From an uncultured delta proteobacterium (GTDB lineage Bacteria > Myxococcota > Myxococcia > Myxococcales > Myxococcaceae): a stretch of DNA of 64,000 nucleotides. This document shows, one piece after another, positions 1 through 11,251 of the stretch. Positions within the stretch are counted from its first letter, which is position 1. Every line of letters begins with the position of its first letter. Position numbers and translations under genes: made by a program. A model generated the notes under the pieces. That model saw only the letters and a program-made list of their open reading frames with translations, did not search any database and was not told the origin of the DNA. The stretch spans positions 832,001 through 896,000 of the forward strand of contig CAWCKH010000004.1 of assembly GCA_963796055.1 (NCBI GenBank), in the 5' to 3' direction.

Positions 1-404
1 GTGGGCCAGAGCAGGTCCTCGATCAGCGTGTTGACCGACTGCTCCATGTCCGCCCAGGCGCCGGACTGGCCGGTGAACTTGACGCGCTGCCGGGTCTTGC
101 CCTCCTTGCCCACCACCTGACCCACGTGACCCAGCTGCTCGGCCATGCGCTGGTTGGCGGAGACCACGTCGTTCACCGCGTCGCCGATCTTCCCCAGGAG
201 TCCCGTCCAGTGGCCCGGGACGCGGACGGCGAAGTTGCCGTTGCGGACCTCCAGCAGCACCCCGAGCAGCTCGCGCAGCTGCAGCGGGACCTCGGGCTCC
301 AGCGCCGGGGCGGTGGACGCGGGGAGAGGGATCTCGGGGGTGGTGTCGAGCAGCACGTTTCCGTTCTCGCGCTGCTCGCCGCTCTTGGGGGGGGCGATGG
401 CCAT
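1..404 (-). CDS. Poly-HAMP hybrid histidine kinase, N-terminal part (runs off window edge)
   Basis: My translation from ATG 404 (GAGGAG upstream): ...LRELLGVLLEVRNGNFAVRVPGHWTGLLGKIGDAVNDVVSANQRMAEQLGHVGQVVGKEGKTRQRVKFTGQSGAWADMEQSVNTLIEDLLWP. This is the typical first HAMP repeat of Nik1/OS-1-like poly-HAMP kinases. Not in the ORF track. Confidence 0.85.
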   Translation of the reverse strand, partial: MAIAPPKSGEQRENGNVLLDTTPEIPLPASTAPALEPEVPLQLRELLGVLLEVRNGNFAVRVPGHWTGLLGKIGDAVNDVVSANQRMAEQLGHVGQVVGKEGKTRQRVKFTGQSGAWADMEQSVNTLIEDLLWP

Positions 405-417
405 GGGGTGATGCTCC

Positions 418-2082
418 TCAGGAACTGGTGGCGGCGGGCGACCCGGAGTCGTGCCGCTTGCGGCTGAGCTCGACGAAGACCGCGACCTTCTTGCGGACGA
501 TCTCCGGGTCGAGCGGCTTGACCAGGTAGTCGGCTCCCCCGGCCGCATAGGCCCGGTGGATCTCCTCCGGGTCCTCACCGAAGGCGGTGATGAAGATGAT
601 CGGGATGTGGCGGCTCCGCTCCAGGGCCTTGAGGTGGGTGGCCACCTCGAAGCCGTTCATCCGGGGCATCGCCACGTCAATCAGCGCGACGGAGAAGCGT
701 TCCCGCAGCGCGAGGCGCAGGGCCTCCTCGCCATTGGTGGCGCAGACCAGATTGTAGTCCGGGCGCTCGAGGATGGCCTGCAGCGCGGTGAGGTTGTCCA
801 CCTTGTCGTCCACCAGGAGGATGGCCGCCGGCTCGACCGCGCTCTGCGGCGGCCCCGCCCGCTCCACCGCGGTGGCCAGGGTGAAGAAGAAGGTCGCGCC
901 CTTGCCCGGCTCGCTCTCGACCCAGATGCGTCCGCCGTGCGCCTCGACGATGGCCTTGCAGATGGCGAGTCCCAGGCCCGCGCCGCGCCGGTCGGACGAC
1001 TGCGCCTGCCAGAACCGGTCGAAGACCCGGGGCAGGTGCTCGCGGGGGACGCCGGGCCCGGTGTCGCGCACGCTGAACAGCACCCAGCCGGGCTCGGAGG
1101 CCCGCGTCGCTCCCACGGTGACCACTCCCCCGGGCGGGGTGAACTTCAGAGCGTTCCCCACCAGGTTCTCCAGCACTTGAAGGACCCGCTCCTCGTCCGC
1201 CTGGACGGAAGGGAGCGCCGGGCCCACGTCGGTGTTGATGATCACCGAGGTCTGTCCGGCGAGGCTCTGCTGGGACTCGAGGGCGGTGAGGATCAGCGAG
1301 GTGGGAGCGACCTCCCCCTTGCTCACCGTGAAGTGGCCGCCCTCGATGGCGTGGATGTCGAGCAGGTCCTGCAGGAGCCGCTCCATCCGCTGCGCGCTGC
1401 GCTGGATGCGCTCCAGCGGGCGCCGGAGGGCGTGCTCGCTGATGCGCGGGAGAAGCGTGCTCACCCCGACGGTGACGGCGTGGAGCGGGTTGCGGAGGTC
1501 GTGGGCCACGACCGCCAGCCCCTCCTCGCGGGCGCGGAGATTCTCGCGCAGCCGGTCAAGCTCGCGCCGGCGGGCCAGCTCGGGGCCCAGCGCGTCGCCC
1601 ACCGTCCGGAGCAGCTCGCTCTCGGCAGGGGTGAGCGTCCGCCCGGCGCCGGTCGCCAGGTAGAGCGCGCCGCCCAGCCCGCCTGCCGTTACCAGCGGAA
1701 CGCAGTGCAGGACCCGCCAGCGGACCGGCAAGGTGGGGTCGAGACGGCCGGCAGCCTCGGCCGTCAACACGAAGGGGGCCAGGGGATCCGGCCAGGGGTG
1801 GGCGCCCATCGCGAGGGGCGGAAGCGCCGCGAGCTCGGCGCCCACCGCCGCAGCCGCCCGGAGCGCATCGCCCTCGCGCACTCCGAGCAGGGCTCCCTCG
1901 AGGCGCAGTCCCCGCACCAGGACCTCGGGAACCGCTCCCAGAAGCCCCTCGGTGGTGTCCTGACGGCCGAATGTCCGCAGCAGTTCGGTGAGGATCGCCG
2001 ACACCGCACCGGGGCCCAGGTCGGCGGCAGGAGTCGCCTCGGGCGCGGGGGGGACGGTCTCGCTTCTGTGCACGGCAGTCAC
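418..2082 (-). CDS. Hybrid sensor histidine kinase (GAF-like, HisKA, HATPase, REC)
   Basis: H-box AHDLRNPL, N-box NLVGNALKFT, G boxes DTGPG and GAGLGLAI, C-terminal receiver ILLVDD...LIDVAMP...KP. Start uncertain. Confidence 0.9.
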   Translation of the reverse strand: MTAVHRSETVPPAPEATPAADLGPGAVSAILTELLRTFGRQDTTEGLLGAVPEVLVRGLRLEGALLGVREGDALRAAAAVGAELAALPPLAMGAHPWPDPLAPFVLTAEAAGRLDPTLPVRWRVLHCVPLVTAGGLGGALYLATGAGRTLTPAESELLRTVGDALGPELARRRELDRLRENLRAREEGLAVVAHDLRNPLHAVTVGVSTLLPRISEHALRRPLERIQRSAQRMERLLQDLLDIHAIEGGHFTVSKGEVAPTSLILTALESQQSLAGQTSVIINTDVGPALPSVQADEERVLQVLENLVGNALKFTPPGGVVTVGATRASEPGWVLFSVRDTGPGVPREHLPRVFDRFWQAQSSDRRGAGLGLAICKAIVEAHGGRIWVESEPGKGATFFFTLATAVERAGPPQSAVEPAAILLVDDKVDNLTALQAILERPDYNLVCATNGEEALRLALRERFSVALIDVAMPRMNGFEVATHLKALERSRHIPIIFITAFGEDPEEIHRAYAAGGADYLVKPLDPEIVRKKVAVFVELSRKRHDSGSPAATSS

Positions 2083-2340
2083 GGCGAGTGCGGGCCTCTC
2101 TGTCGTCCCCCGGGGGCCGGCACCGGGCTCCGACGTGGGGAGGGGAGGGCCGTTGTACCTGCGACGGGTCAAGGAACAGCGGGGGGTTGGGATCACCCCG
2201 TCAGCGGCTCAACACGCAGCACCAACCGCCGACCAGCGGACACTTCGGCGGCGACCGTGCTCTTCCGGACACTCCGCCCGCCTCCGGACGGGAAGCCATT
2301 GACCGTCAACTCGATGGCAGGGAGCAGCAGCGCCGGGCTC

Positions 2341-5064
2341 CTAACCGTGTGGTGGGCCCTCGGCGAGCCTGGCCATGACGGGCTCGGGGTGGACCCGGTG
2401 CGCCTCGGCGGCGATGCGGAGGAAGCCGCGTGCCTGAGCGTCGCGGGCGAGCGCGGCGAGCGTGCCGGCGGCCGCACCCCCCCGTCGGGTCAGCACCTCG
2501 CTCAGGGCCAGCTCTGCCTCGAGGCGAAGCGGCACCACGCCGGCGCTCGTGGCGCGGGCGCGGGTGGCGAGGACCCGCCCGCGGGGGTCCAGTCCGAGCT
2601 GGAGCTCGTCCCGTGCGAGCTCGAGCTGCGCCAGGATGGCCGGCTCGAAGAACCCGTTCGATTCCGCGACCTCGCTCGCCCGCGTCGCTTGCGCCCGCGC
2701 TGCACGGGGCCGGCCCTCCAGCCGGAGCAGGCGCGCCTGGACCAGCGTCGCGTAGGCCTCGTCGTACCGGGTGCGGTCCGCCGGACGCGCCTGGTCGAGG
2801 AGCCGGCGGGCCTCGGGGACGCGCCGGAGGTCGAGCAGCACGTTGGCCCGCTGCACCAGCACCCGGCCCTGGATGAAGGTGGGCAGGCCCTTCTCGTTGA
2901 TCGCCCAAGCCAGGAGGTCCGCGGCGCGCTCGCTCTTGCCCTGGGCCCGCAGCACCTCGGCGAGGTGGGGCAGGACGCGAAAGCCCTTGTTCTCGACCCG
3001 GAGGTCCTCCTGCTGCGCCTGCTCGGCGAGCCGTGCCGCCTCGGCCAGCGCGCCCCGGGCGAAGCGGAGCCGGGACTGCTCTCGCCACTGGTACATCCGG
3101 GAGAGCGCGCCGCGCGAGCGGGCCTCGGGAGGGCGCGGGCGGTCGAGCGACTCGGCCTCCCGGGCCGCGGCCTCGGCCTCGGCGAGGTTGCCGCGGGTGA
3201 GCTCGAGCGACGCCATGTCCCAGAGCACGTCGGCGAGCAGCCGTGCGTCGCCGGCTCGACGGGTGCCGTCCACCGCCTGCTGGAGCCAGGCGCTCACGTC
3301 GGCGAGCGGCCGGTCGAAGCGCAGGGTGATGGCGCGATCCTTTGCCGCCCGCCAGGCCCACTCCGACCCGGCTCCGGCGCGCATCGCCTCGGCGTGGAAG
3401 CGGTCCGCGGCGTCGGTGTCCTCGCGCTCCAGCGCCACCGCGGCCCGCTCGTAGCTGGCGTTCGCCTCCAGGGTGGACAGCCCGAGCGCGCGCGCTCGGT
3501 CCGCCACCCGGGCGAGCGCGGCATCGGCGAGCGCGAGCTGGCCGTCGTCGAAGGCGACGGCGTACGCCACCCAGTCGATGGCCGCGGCCTCGAGCGGAGA
3601 GGTGGGCAGACGCTGAAGGCGCTGCAGGGTGGCCTTCCGTGCGTCACCGGACTGCACCGAGGCCAGCCGCACCCCGAGCCGGACGTCGCCGGGGGAGAGG
3701 TCGAAGAGCGTCCCCCAGAGGCCGGCAGCGCGCTCCTGCTCCCCGGAGAGCGCGCGGTACTGGGCCTCGACCGCCATCCGCTGCTGCTCGGGGAGGCCGC
3801 CGGCGGACTCGAAGGCGAAGCGGGCGGTGTCGCGGGCCTCGGCGGAGAAGCCGGCCCGGTCGAGCGCGTGGGCCAGCTCGCTGCGGGCGAGCACGAACTC
3901 GGGGGCCAGCGCGGTGACCTGCTGCAGCTCGGCCGCGGCGCCGATGTTGTCGCTGGCGTCGAGGCGCAGCAGCGCGCTCCTCCAGGCCCGCGCCGCGACC
4001 GGATTCGCCGGCACCCACCGCGAGCCGAAGGACGCGGAGACCGCACGCCGGGCGGAGAGCTGGTGGTGGACCAGCAGCGCGGCGTTCCCGCCCAGGGCCA
4101 GCGACACCATGCAGCCCAGGGCGAGCGCGAGGGCGCGGTGGCCGCGGCGGCGGGCCCGCACCCTCCGGATGCGCTCGCCGGCGAGGAGGCGCACGAAGTC
4201 GTCCGGCGTCGGGCAGCGTTCCTGCACTGAGGGCGCGAGCGCCCGGGCCAGCGCCCTCCGCCAGTGCTCCGGAAGCTCGGGGGAGCGACGGGTGAGGTCC
4301 GGCGGAGCGCGGGCGCGCACCGCGTCGGGGCCCAGCGGAGTGTCGGAGAAGGGGAGCTCGCCAGTGAGCATCTCGTAGGCAACCACCCCGAGCGCGTACA
4401 CGTCCGCCGCGGGCCCGAGCGGCGACCCCTGAGCCTGCTCCGGAGCCATGTACGCCGGAGTGCCCACGTAGCTTCCGGTGCAGGTCAGCGCGCGCTGCCC
4501 CTCGCGAACCGCGCGGGCGACGCCGAAGTCGGTGATCACCACCCGGGTCCGTCCGTCCGGCTGTGGCACGAGCAGCACGTTGCTGCTCTTGAAGTCGCGG
4601 TGGAGCACGCCGTGGGCGTGGGCCGCTCCGAGGGCGGCGGCCATCTGCCGCAGCAGCGGCTCGGCCTCGTCCGGGCGGAAGCGTCCCCGCCGGGCGATCT
4701 CCCTGGTGAGCGTCTCCCCCTCGAGCAGCTCCATCACCAGGAAGAGCAGCTGGCCCACCTCGCAGGAGTGGGCAAAGAGCTCGTAGACCCGGCAGACGTT
4801 GGGGTGGGCCACCGCGCGGGCCAGGAGCACCTCGCGCCGGATGCGCTCCTCGGCGTCGGGCACTGCCCCGAGGAGGACCTTCACCGCGACCCGGGCGCGG
4901 AGCATGCGGTCCTCGGCCTCGTAGACCACGCCCATGCCGCCCCGGGCGATGAACCGGCGGAGCTCGAAGCGTCCGGCCAGCACCGTGCCCTCGGCCAGCA
5001 CCTGCGCCGGCGGGCCGGGCGGGGTGCGCAGCAAGGTGTCCTGGCAGGACAGGAACGACTGCAT
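2341..5064 (-). CDS. Ser/Thr protein kinase with hydrophobic segment and C-terminal TPR-like region
   Basis: ARGGMGVVY, VAVK, HRDFKSSN, TDFG and GTPAYMAPE motifs. Hydrophobic stretch ALALALGCMVSLALGG followed by helical repeats. Start taken at MQSFLS with GAGGAG upstream. Confidence 0.9.
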   Translation of the reverse strand: MQSFLSCQDTLLRTPPGPPAQVLAEGTVLAGRFELRRFIARGGMGVVYEAEDRMLRARVAVKVLLGAVPDAEERIRREVLLARAVAHPNVCRVYELFAHSCEVGQLLFLVMELLEGETLTREIARRGRFRPDEAEPLLRQMAAALGAAHAHGVLHRDFKSSNVLLVPQPDGRTRVVITDFGVARAVREGQRALTCTGSYVGTPAYMAPEQAQGSPLGPAADVYALGVVAYEMLTGELPFSDTPLGPDAVRARAPPDLTRRSPELPEHWRRALARALAPSVQERCPTPDDFVRLLAGERIRRVRARRRGHRALALALGCMVSLALGGNAALLVHHQLSARRAVSASFGSRWVPANPVAARAWRSALLRLDASDNIGAAAELQQVTALAPEFVLARSELAHALDRAGFSAEARDTARFAFESAGGLPEQQRMAVEAQYRALSGEQERAAGLWGTLFDLSPGDVRLGVRLASVQSGDARKATLQRLQRLPTSPLEAAAIDWVAYAVAFDDGQLALADAALARVADRARALGLSTLEANASYERAAVALEREDTDAADRFHAEAMRAGAGSEWAWRAAKDRAITLRFDRPLADVSAWLQQAVDGTRRAGDARLLADVLWDMASLELTRGNLAEAEAAAREAESLDRPRPPEARSRGALSRMYQWREQSRLRFARGALAEAARLAEQAQQEDLRVENKGFRVLPHLAEVLRAQGKSERAADLLAWAINEKGLPTFIQGRVLVQRANVLLDLRRVPEARRLLDQARPADRTRYDEAYATLVQARLLRLEGRPRAARAQATRASEVAESNGFFEPAILAQLELARDELQLGLDPRGRVLATRARATSAGVVPLRLEAELALSEVLTRRGGAAAGTLAALARDAQARGFLRIAAEAHRVHPEPVMARLAEGPPHG

Positions 5065-5156
5065 GACCAACTCCTCGGGGTCTTCCCCCGGGGACTGTCG
5101 TCCGGAGCGACGGATTCTTCCCCGAGGGCCAACCGGGCCGGAGTCGAGAGCCCGGG

Positions 5157-5178
5157 GAGGTGTCAAACACCTCTGTCG
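5157..5178. repeat. 22-bp palindromic dispersed repeat, copy 1
   Basis: GAGGTGTCAAACACCTCTGTCG, 21/22 identical to the reverse complement of 58502-58523. Confidence 0.7.
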
Positions 5179-5311
5179 CAGCTCGAAGTGGGCGGAATCA
5201 GGCGCCCGGGACGACCCCCCCCCCGCCCGATGGCTCCGTCGCGGGAGCGCACGGCCGGAGGGAGCGGGCCGCCGCCAGGGGGGGACGGGCAGCGGCCACG
5301 TCTGCGTCAAC

Positions 5312-6901
5312 TCAGATGAACAGAGCGCACACCACGTCGACGAAGAGGATCTTCACGATGGTCATCCCCGGGAAGATCATCGCGTAGCCCAGGTCGGGCC
5401 GGTCGGTGGGCGCGAGCTTGTTCGAATAGGCGAGGATGGCCGGGTTTCCGCAGGCGCCGGCGACGATGCCCGCCACCTCGTCGAACGGCATCCGGAAGAC
5501 GAATAGCCCGAGCACCATGATCGGCAGCACGAGCGCGGCGAGCACCAGTGCGCCCAGCCCCAGCATCAGGAAGCCGGTCTGGCTGACGGTGGAGACGAAC
5601 TTCGGACCGGAGGCCATGCCCACCTGGGCGAGGAACAGCGTCAGGCCCAGGTTTCGCAGGACGAGGTTCGCCGAGAGCGGGATGGTCCAGTTCATCCCCC
5701 CGGTGCGCCGCTGCTGCCCGAGGATGAGGGCGATGATCAGCACCCCGGCGAGCCCGATGGAGATCTTCCCGATGAAGGGCACCGGGAGGGCGATGGCCCC
5801 GAGCAGGAACCCCAGCGCCATGCCGAGCCCGATGGAGATGTAGCTGAACTCCGCCGTGCCCTTGATCGAGTCGCCGAAGTACTTCCGCAGCTCGGGGAAG
5901 TCGCTGCGGTTCGCCAGCACGCCCACCCGGTCGCCGAACTCGACGATCAGGTCTGGACGCGACAGGAGGTCCGCGTCGCCGCGGCGGACGTGCAGAACCG
6001 TCGAGGCGAGCTTCCCCGGAAGCTGGAGGTCACCCAGCGGGCGGCCCACCACCGTCTTCTTGGAAGCGAAGACCCGGAGGTAGTCCACGTCCCCGCGGTC
6101 CTTCATGAAGCGGCCCGGCGCCGGATGCCCGATGGACTCGCTGGCCTTGGCCAGCACCTCCTTGCTCGGGCCGACGGCGAGCAGCACGTCGTTCTCGGCC
6201 ACCACCACGTTCGGTGAGGCGGGCTCGTTGCGCTGTGACCGCCGCACCGCCGCCACCTGCACGCCCTCGGGAAGGGTGGACACGACATCCGCCAGGGTCT
6301 TCCCGTACAGCTCGGGGTTGTGGAGCGCGATCTCCAGCAGCTCGGCGCCGGTGGTGGTGGGCATCTCCACCTTGGGCTTGAGCACCATGAAGGCGATGTA
6401 GAGGAACAGGATCGGCCCGGCGACGCCGAAGGGGTAGGCCACCGAGTAGCCCACCGCCGCGTCGTCGTTCTTCATCGCGGCGATGATGGCCTGCAGGGTG
6501 GGCGTGCTGGTACCCGACCCGGCGAACAGCCCGAGCGAGTGGCCCAGCTTCACGTCCATGGTCTTCACGAACACCAGGCTCAGCGCCCCGGCGAGCAGCA
6601 CGCCCACCAGCGCCATGAGGTTCGCCTTGCGCCCGCTCGGGCTGGTGAGCCCGGTGAAGAACTGCTTTCCGTACTGGATGCCCACCGCATACAGGAACAG
6701 CGCCAGGCCCAAGGTCCCCACCATCGGCGCGGGCGCGGCCTTGGGCACCCACCAGCCGATCGCCAGGGCGACGAACAGCACCGCCCCCACGCCCAGCGAG
6801 AAACCTTTGATGTTGACCTCTCCCAGCAGGTAGCCGAGCGCGATCACCAGGAAGAGCGTCATCAGCGGCTGCTGGGTGAGGAGCGTCTGGACGAATTCCA
6901 T
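5312..6901 (-). CDS. AspT/YidE/YbjL family antiporter with TrkA-C domains
   Basis: Duplicated membrane domains (GSGTSTPTLQA...GYSVAYPFG; GACGNPAILAY...GYAMIFP) flank a central soluble region. Confidence 0.85.
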   Translation of the reverse strand: MEFVQTLLTQQPLMTLFLVIALGYLLGEVNIKGFSLGVGAVLFVALAIGWWVPKAAPAPMVGTLGLALFLYAVGIQYGKQFFTGLTSPSGRKANLMALVGVLLAGALSLVFVKTMDVKLGHSLGLFAGSGTSTPTLQAIIAAMKNDDAAVGYSVAYPFGVAGPILFLYIAFMVLKPKVEMPTTTGAELLEIALHNPELYGKTLADVVSTLPEGVQVAAVRRSQRNEPASPNVVVAENDVLLAVGPSKEVLAKASESIGHPAPGRFMKDRGDVDYLRVFASKKTVVGRPLGDLQLPGKLASTVLHVRRGDADLLSRPDLIVEFGDRVGVLANRSDFPELRKYFGDSIKGTAEFSYISIGLGMALGFLLGAIALPVPFIGKISIGLAGVLIIALILGQQRRTGGMNWTIPLSANLVLRNLGLTLFLAQVGMASGPKFVSTVSQTGFLMLGLGALVLAALVLPIMVLGLFVFRMPFDEVAGIVAGACGNPAILAYSNKLAPTDRPDLGYAMIFPGMTIVKILFVDVVCALFI

Positions 6902-6916
6902 GATCGTCCTCCTCCC

Positions 6917-7786
6917 TCAGTAGACGGTCAGCCCGCGTGAGCGGAACTGGCTGCGCACCCGGTCGATCAAGTCGATCGCCGGCGGTTGAGCGTTTTCCAG
7001 CGGGTAGGTGAGCCCCAGCCGGTGCCACTTCTCCTTCCCCATCTGGTGGAAGGGCTGGATCTCCACCCGCTCCACCGTCTTCAGCCCGGCGCAGATGTCG
7101 GCCAGCTTCTCCACGTTGTCCCGGGCGTCGGTGAGCTCGGGGACCAGGGTGAAGCGGACCCACAGCGGCCGGCCCAGCTCGGACAGCCTGCGCGCGAACT
7201 CGAGCGTGGGCTGCAGCGGCTGCCGGGTCACCTTCTCGTATGTCGCCGGGTCACCGGACTTGATGTCCAGGAGATGGAGGTCGATTTCCTTCAGCTCCTG
7301 GTCGGTGAACTTCGCGCCCAGACGGCCCGAGGTCTCGATCGCGGTGTGGAGGCCCAGCTGGTGGCAGCGCCGGAAGAGCTCGAGGAGGAACGTCTTCTGC
7401 AGCTGCGGCTCGCCCCCGGAGATGGTGACCCCGCCCTGGGTCAGCTTCAGCACCTGGGCGAAGGACGAGATCCGCGCCATGGCCCGGGCGATGGTGACCG
7501 GCACCCCGTTGAATTTGTGCCAGGTGTCGGGGTTGTGGCAGTACTGGCAGCGCAGCGGGCAGCCGGTGAGGAAGCCCACGAAGCGCACGCCCGGCCCATC
7601 CACCGTGCTCCCCGCCTCCCAGCTATGCACGTAGCCGACGAGGTCGTCCCCTTCCCGGACGACCGCGTCGACGTCACCGGGGTGCTCGGCGAAGTAGTCG
7701 GTGGCCTTCTTGCTCTCCGCCTCGCCCTCCGGTGCGACCTTCAGCTCGTAGCGACTCTCGGCCAGCGCCTCTTCGGTCGGGGACAT
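6917..7786 (-). CDS. pflA: Pyruvate formate-lyase activating enzyme (radical SAM)
   Basis: [28 protein letters not shown] (CxxxCxxC) and GVTISGGEP. Directly downstream of pflB. Confidence 0.95.
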   Translation of the reverse strand: MSPTEEALAESRYELKVAPEGEAESKKATDYFAEHPGDVDAVVREGDDLVGYVHSWEAGSTVDGPGVRFVGFLTGCPLRCQYCHNPDTWHKFNGVPVTIARAMARISSFAQVLKLTQGGVTISGGEPQLQKTFLLELFRRCHQLGLHTAIETSGRLGAKFTDQELKEIDLHLLDIKSGDPATYEKVTRQPLQPTLEFARRLSELGRPLWVRFTLVPELTDARDNVEKLADICAGLKTVERVEIQPFHQMGKEKWHRLGLTYPLENAQPPAIDLIDRVRSQFRSRGLTVY

Positions 7787-7795
7787 GGCCGGCCC

Positions 7796-10052
7796 CTACA
7801 TCTTCCCGTGGAACGTGCGGCCCAGGATGTCGAGCTGCTGCTCCTTGGTCAGCTTGACGAAGTTGACCGCGTAGCCGGACACCCGGACGGTGAGCTGCGG
7901 GTACTTCTCCGGGTACTTCATCGCGTCCTTGAGCGTCTCGGGGTTGAGCACGTTGATGTTCACGTGGAAGCCGCCGGTCTTGAAGTAGGCGTCCAGCAGG
8001 TTCATCCCGCGGGTGATCCGGTCGGCCTCGGTCCCCAGCGCAGTGGGCACCACCGACAGGGTGAGCGAGATCCCGTCCTCGGCGTCGTCGTAGGGGAGCT
8101 TGGCCACCGACATCAGCGCGGCGAGCGCCCCGTGGCTGTCCCTGCCATTCGAGGGGTTCGCGCCGGGGGCGAAGGGCTCGCCCTTCTTCCGCCCGTCCGG
8201 GGTGGTGCCGGTGTGCTTCCCGTAGACGACGTTGGAGGTGATGGTGAGGACCGACTGGGTGTGGAGCGCGTTCCGGTACGTGGGGTAGTGCCGGACCTTC
8301 TCCATCATCTTGACTGACCAGCATCGAGGCCAGCGCATCGGCCCGCTCATCGTTGTTGCCGTAGACCGGGAAGTCGCCCTCCACCTTGAAGTCGACCATC
8401 AGCCCGCGCTCGTCGCGCACCGGGCGCACCTTGGCGTACTTGATGGCGGAGAGGCTGTCGGCGGCGTGCGAGAGCCCGGCGATGCCGCAGGCCATGGTCC
8501 GGAGCACGTCCCGGTCATGGAGCGCCATCTCGATGGCCTCGTACGAGTACTTGTCGTGCATGTAGTGGATGACGTTCAGCGCGTTGACGTAGGTCTTCGC
8601 CAGCCAGTCCATCATCGGATCCAGCCGGTCCATGACCTCCTCGTAGGTGAGGACATCTCCGATGATGGGCGCGAGCCTGGGGCCGATCTGCTCGCCGCTG
8701 ATCTCGTCGCGACCGCCGTTGAGCGCATAGAGCAGCGTCTTCGGCAGGTTCACCCGCGCGCCGAAGAACTGCATCTGCTTTCCGACCCGCATCGCGGAGA
8801 CGCAGCAGGCGATGGCGCAGTCGTCGCCGAACTTGGGCCGCATCAGGTCGTCCGACTCGTACTGGATGCTGCTGGTATCGATGGACGTCTTGATCACGAA
8901 CCGCTTGAAGCCCTCGGGCAGCCGTGGCGACCAGAACACGGTGATATTCGGCTCGGGCGCGGGGCCCAGGTTGTAGAGGGTGTGCAGGGCGCGGAAGGCG
9001 GTCTTGGTGACCAGGGTGCGCCCGTCCTCGCCCATCCCGCCCACCACCTCGGTGACCCAGACCGGGTCGCCGCTGAAGAGCTGGTTGTACTCGGGCGCGC
9101 GGAGGAACCGGACGATCCGCCACTTGATGACCAGGTCGTCGATGATCTCCTGGGCCTGCTGCTCGGTGAGCTTTCCCTCGGCGAGGTCGCGCTCGAAGTA
9201 GATGTCCCAGAAGGTGGACAGCCGGCCGGCGGACATCGCCGCGCCGTTCTGCTGCTTGATGGCTGCCAGGTAGCCGAAGTACGTCCACTGCACCGCCTCC
9301 CGGGCGTTCTTCGCCGGGCCGGAGATGTCGTGGCCGTACCGCTTGGCCATCTCCTTGAGCTCCTGGAGCGAGCGGATCTGCTCGGCGAGCTCCTCGCGGA
9401 GGCGCACCACCTCCTCGGTGGAGTGGCGGTCGTCGAGGTCGAGCTTCTCCTCCTTCTTCTCGGCGATCAGGAAGTCGATCCCGTAGAGGGCCACCCGCCG
9501 GTAGTCGCCGATGATCCGCCCGCGGCCGTACGCGTCGGGCAGCCCGGTCAGCACGTGCGACGAGCGCGCCTTGCGGATGGGCGCGGTGTAGGCGTCGAAG
9601 ACGCCGTCATTGTGGGTCTTGCGGTACTTGGTGAAGATCTCTGCGACATTCGGGTCCGGCTTCACGCCGTAGCCTTCCAGGCTCGCCGCCACCACCCGCC
9701 ACCCGCCGTTCGGCATGATCGCCCGCTTCAGCGGAGCATCGGTCTGCAGACCGACGATGATCTCGGTCTCCCGGTCGATGTACCCGGGCTCGTGGGCGAG
9801 GATGCCCGAGGGAACCTGGCTCACCCCGAGGATTCCCTTCTCGCGCTCCTCGGCGAGCAGGGGCTGGAGCTTCTCCCACAGCGCGGTGGTCCGCTTCGTC
9901 GGGCCGGACAGGAACGAGCCATCACCCTCGTACGGCGTGTAGTTCTTCTGGATGAAGTCGCGGACGTCCACCCGGTGCTGCCAGGTGCCCGGGGCAAACC
10001 CCCGCCACGCGACCTCCCAGGGCTCCTGGGCTCGCTGAGTCATCTCGTTCAT
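7796..10052 (-). CDS. pflB: Pyruvate formate-lyase (formate C-acetyltransferase), interrupted by one +1 frameshift at ~8311-8315
   Basis: The N-terminal frame has [17 protein letters not shown] and the active-site IACCVS. The C-terminal frame (7796-8350 ORF) has the glycyl-radical motif TVRVSGY. Removing one base gives a 751-aa ORF. Confidence 0.93.
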
Positions 10053-10062
10053 GGCGATCTCC

Positions 10063-11247
10063 TCAGGAGTCGAGAATCAGGCGCCGGGTGTGGCGGGCGA
10101 TCATCAGCTCCTCGTTGGTCGGAACGACGTAGGCGGCGACGCGGCTCGCCGCGGTGCTGATGCGCGGGCCGCCGGCCCCGTTGGCTTTCGGATCGAGGGT
10201 GATGCCCAGCCAGCCGGCGGCCTGGACCACGCGCTCGCGGATCGGCACCGCGTGCTCTCCGATGCCTCCGGTGAAGACCAGCGCATCCAGCCCGCCCAGC
10301 GCGGCGGCCAGCGAGCCCAGCTCGCGGCCGATTCGGTAGACGAACAGGTCCACCGCGAGGCGGGCCCGCGGCGCGTCGCTGGAGAGCAGCGCCCGCATGT
10401 CGCTGGAGATGCCGGAGACCCCGAGCAGCCCGGACTGCGTGTAGATGAGCTTCTCGATGGCCCGGGCGTCCATCTTCAGCTCGTCCATCAGGTAGAGCAT
10501 CACCCCGGGATCGATCGCCCCGCAGCGGGTGCCCATCGGCAGGCCGTCCACGGCGGTGAAGCCCATGGTGCTGGCCACGCTCTTCCCCGCGTGCATCGCA
10601 CACATGCTCGCGCCGTTGCCCAGGTGCGCGACCACCACTCGGCCTGCGGCGGCCTTCCGGTCCACACCAGGCAGGGCACCGGCGATGTACTCGTAGGAGA
10701 GCCCGTGGAACCCGTAGCGGCGCACGCCGCGGTCGGTGATCTCCTTCGGCAAGGCGAACGCCTGGGCCAGCTCCGGCTGGGCACGGTGGAACGCGGTGTC
10801 GAAGCAGGCGACCTGGGGCAACGCGGGCATCTGCTCCAGCACGAAGCGGATCGGCGCCAGGTTGTGGGGCTGGTGCAGCGGTGCCAGCGGGACGAACCTC
10901 TCCAGCTTCTGGACCACCTGGGAGGTGAGCCGGGTCGGCTCGGAAAACTCGACCCCTCCATGCACCACCCGGTGGCCCACGGCGATCAGCCGGTGATCGC
11001 CCTTGCTGCTCTGGAGAAACTCGATCAGATGCGAGATCGCTCCCTCATGACCGATGGATTGGCCCTCCTCCCAACGGCGCTCGGATACGGTCTCGCCCGC
11101 GGCGTCCTTGGCCACGAACTTCGGCGCGGTGTACAGCCCCTCGGCCTGGCCCCGGAGCCACAGGTCCAGCTCGGCGTCCTTCGCCAGGAAGACCGAGAAC
11201 TTCAGGCTCGACGATCCGGCGTTGAGGACGAGGATGGCCTGGGCCAT
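10063..11247 (-). CDS. ackA: Acetate/propionate kinase
   Basis: [48 protein letters not shown] and PTNEE motifs. Confidence 0.95.
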   Translation of the reverse strand: MAQAILVLNAGSSSLKFSVFLAKDAELDLWLRGQAEGLYTAPKFVAKDAAGETVSERRWEEGQSIGHEGAISHLIEFLQSSKGDHRLIAVGHRVVHGGVEFSEPTRLTSQVVQKLERFVPLAPLHQPHNLAPIRFVLEQMPALPQVACFDTAFHRAQPELAQAFALPKEITDRGVRRYGFHGLSYEYIAGALPGVDRKAAAGRVVVAHLGNGASMCAMHAGKSVASTMGFTAVDGLPMGTRCGAIDPGVMLYLMDELKMDARAIEKLIYTQSGLLGVSGISSDMRALLSSDAPRARLAVDLFVYRIGRELGSLAAALGGLDALVFTGGIGEHAVPIRERVVQAAGWLGITLDPKANGAGGPRISTAASRVAAYVVPTNEELMIARHTRRLILDS

Positions 11248-11251
11248 GGCG

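Noticed and set aside
451..4230. 1259-aa plus-strand ORF and many similar long ORFs (e.g. 8310-10160, 29206-31278, 32160-33863, 40944-42845)
   Set aside because: Antisense or alternate-frame shadows of clear genes. Stops are rare in high-GC DNA and the translations have no motifs.
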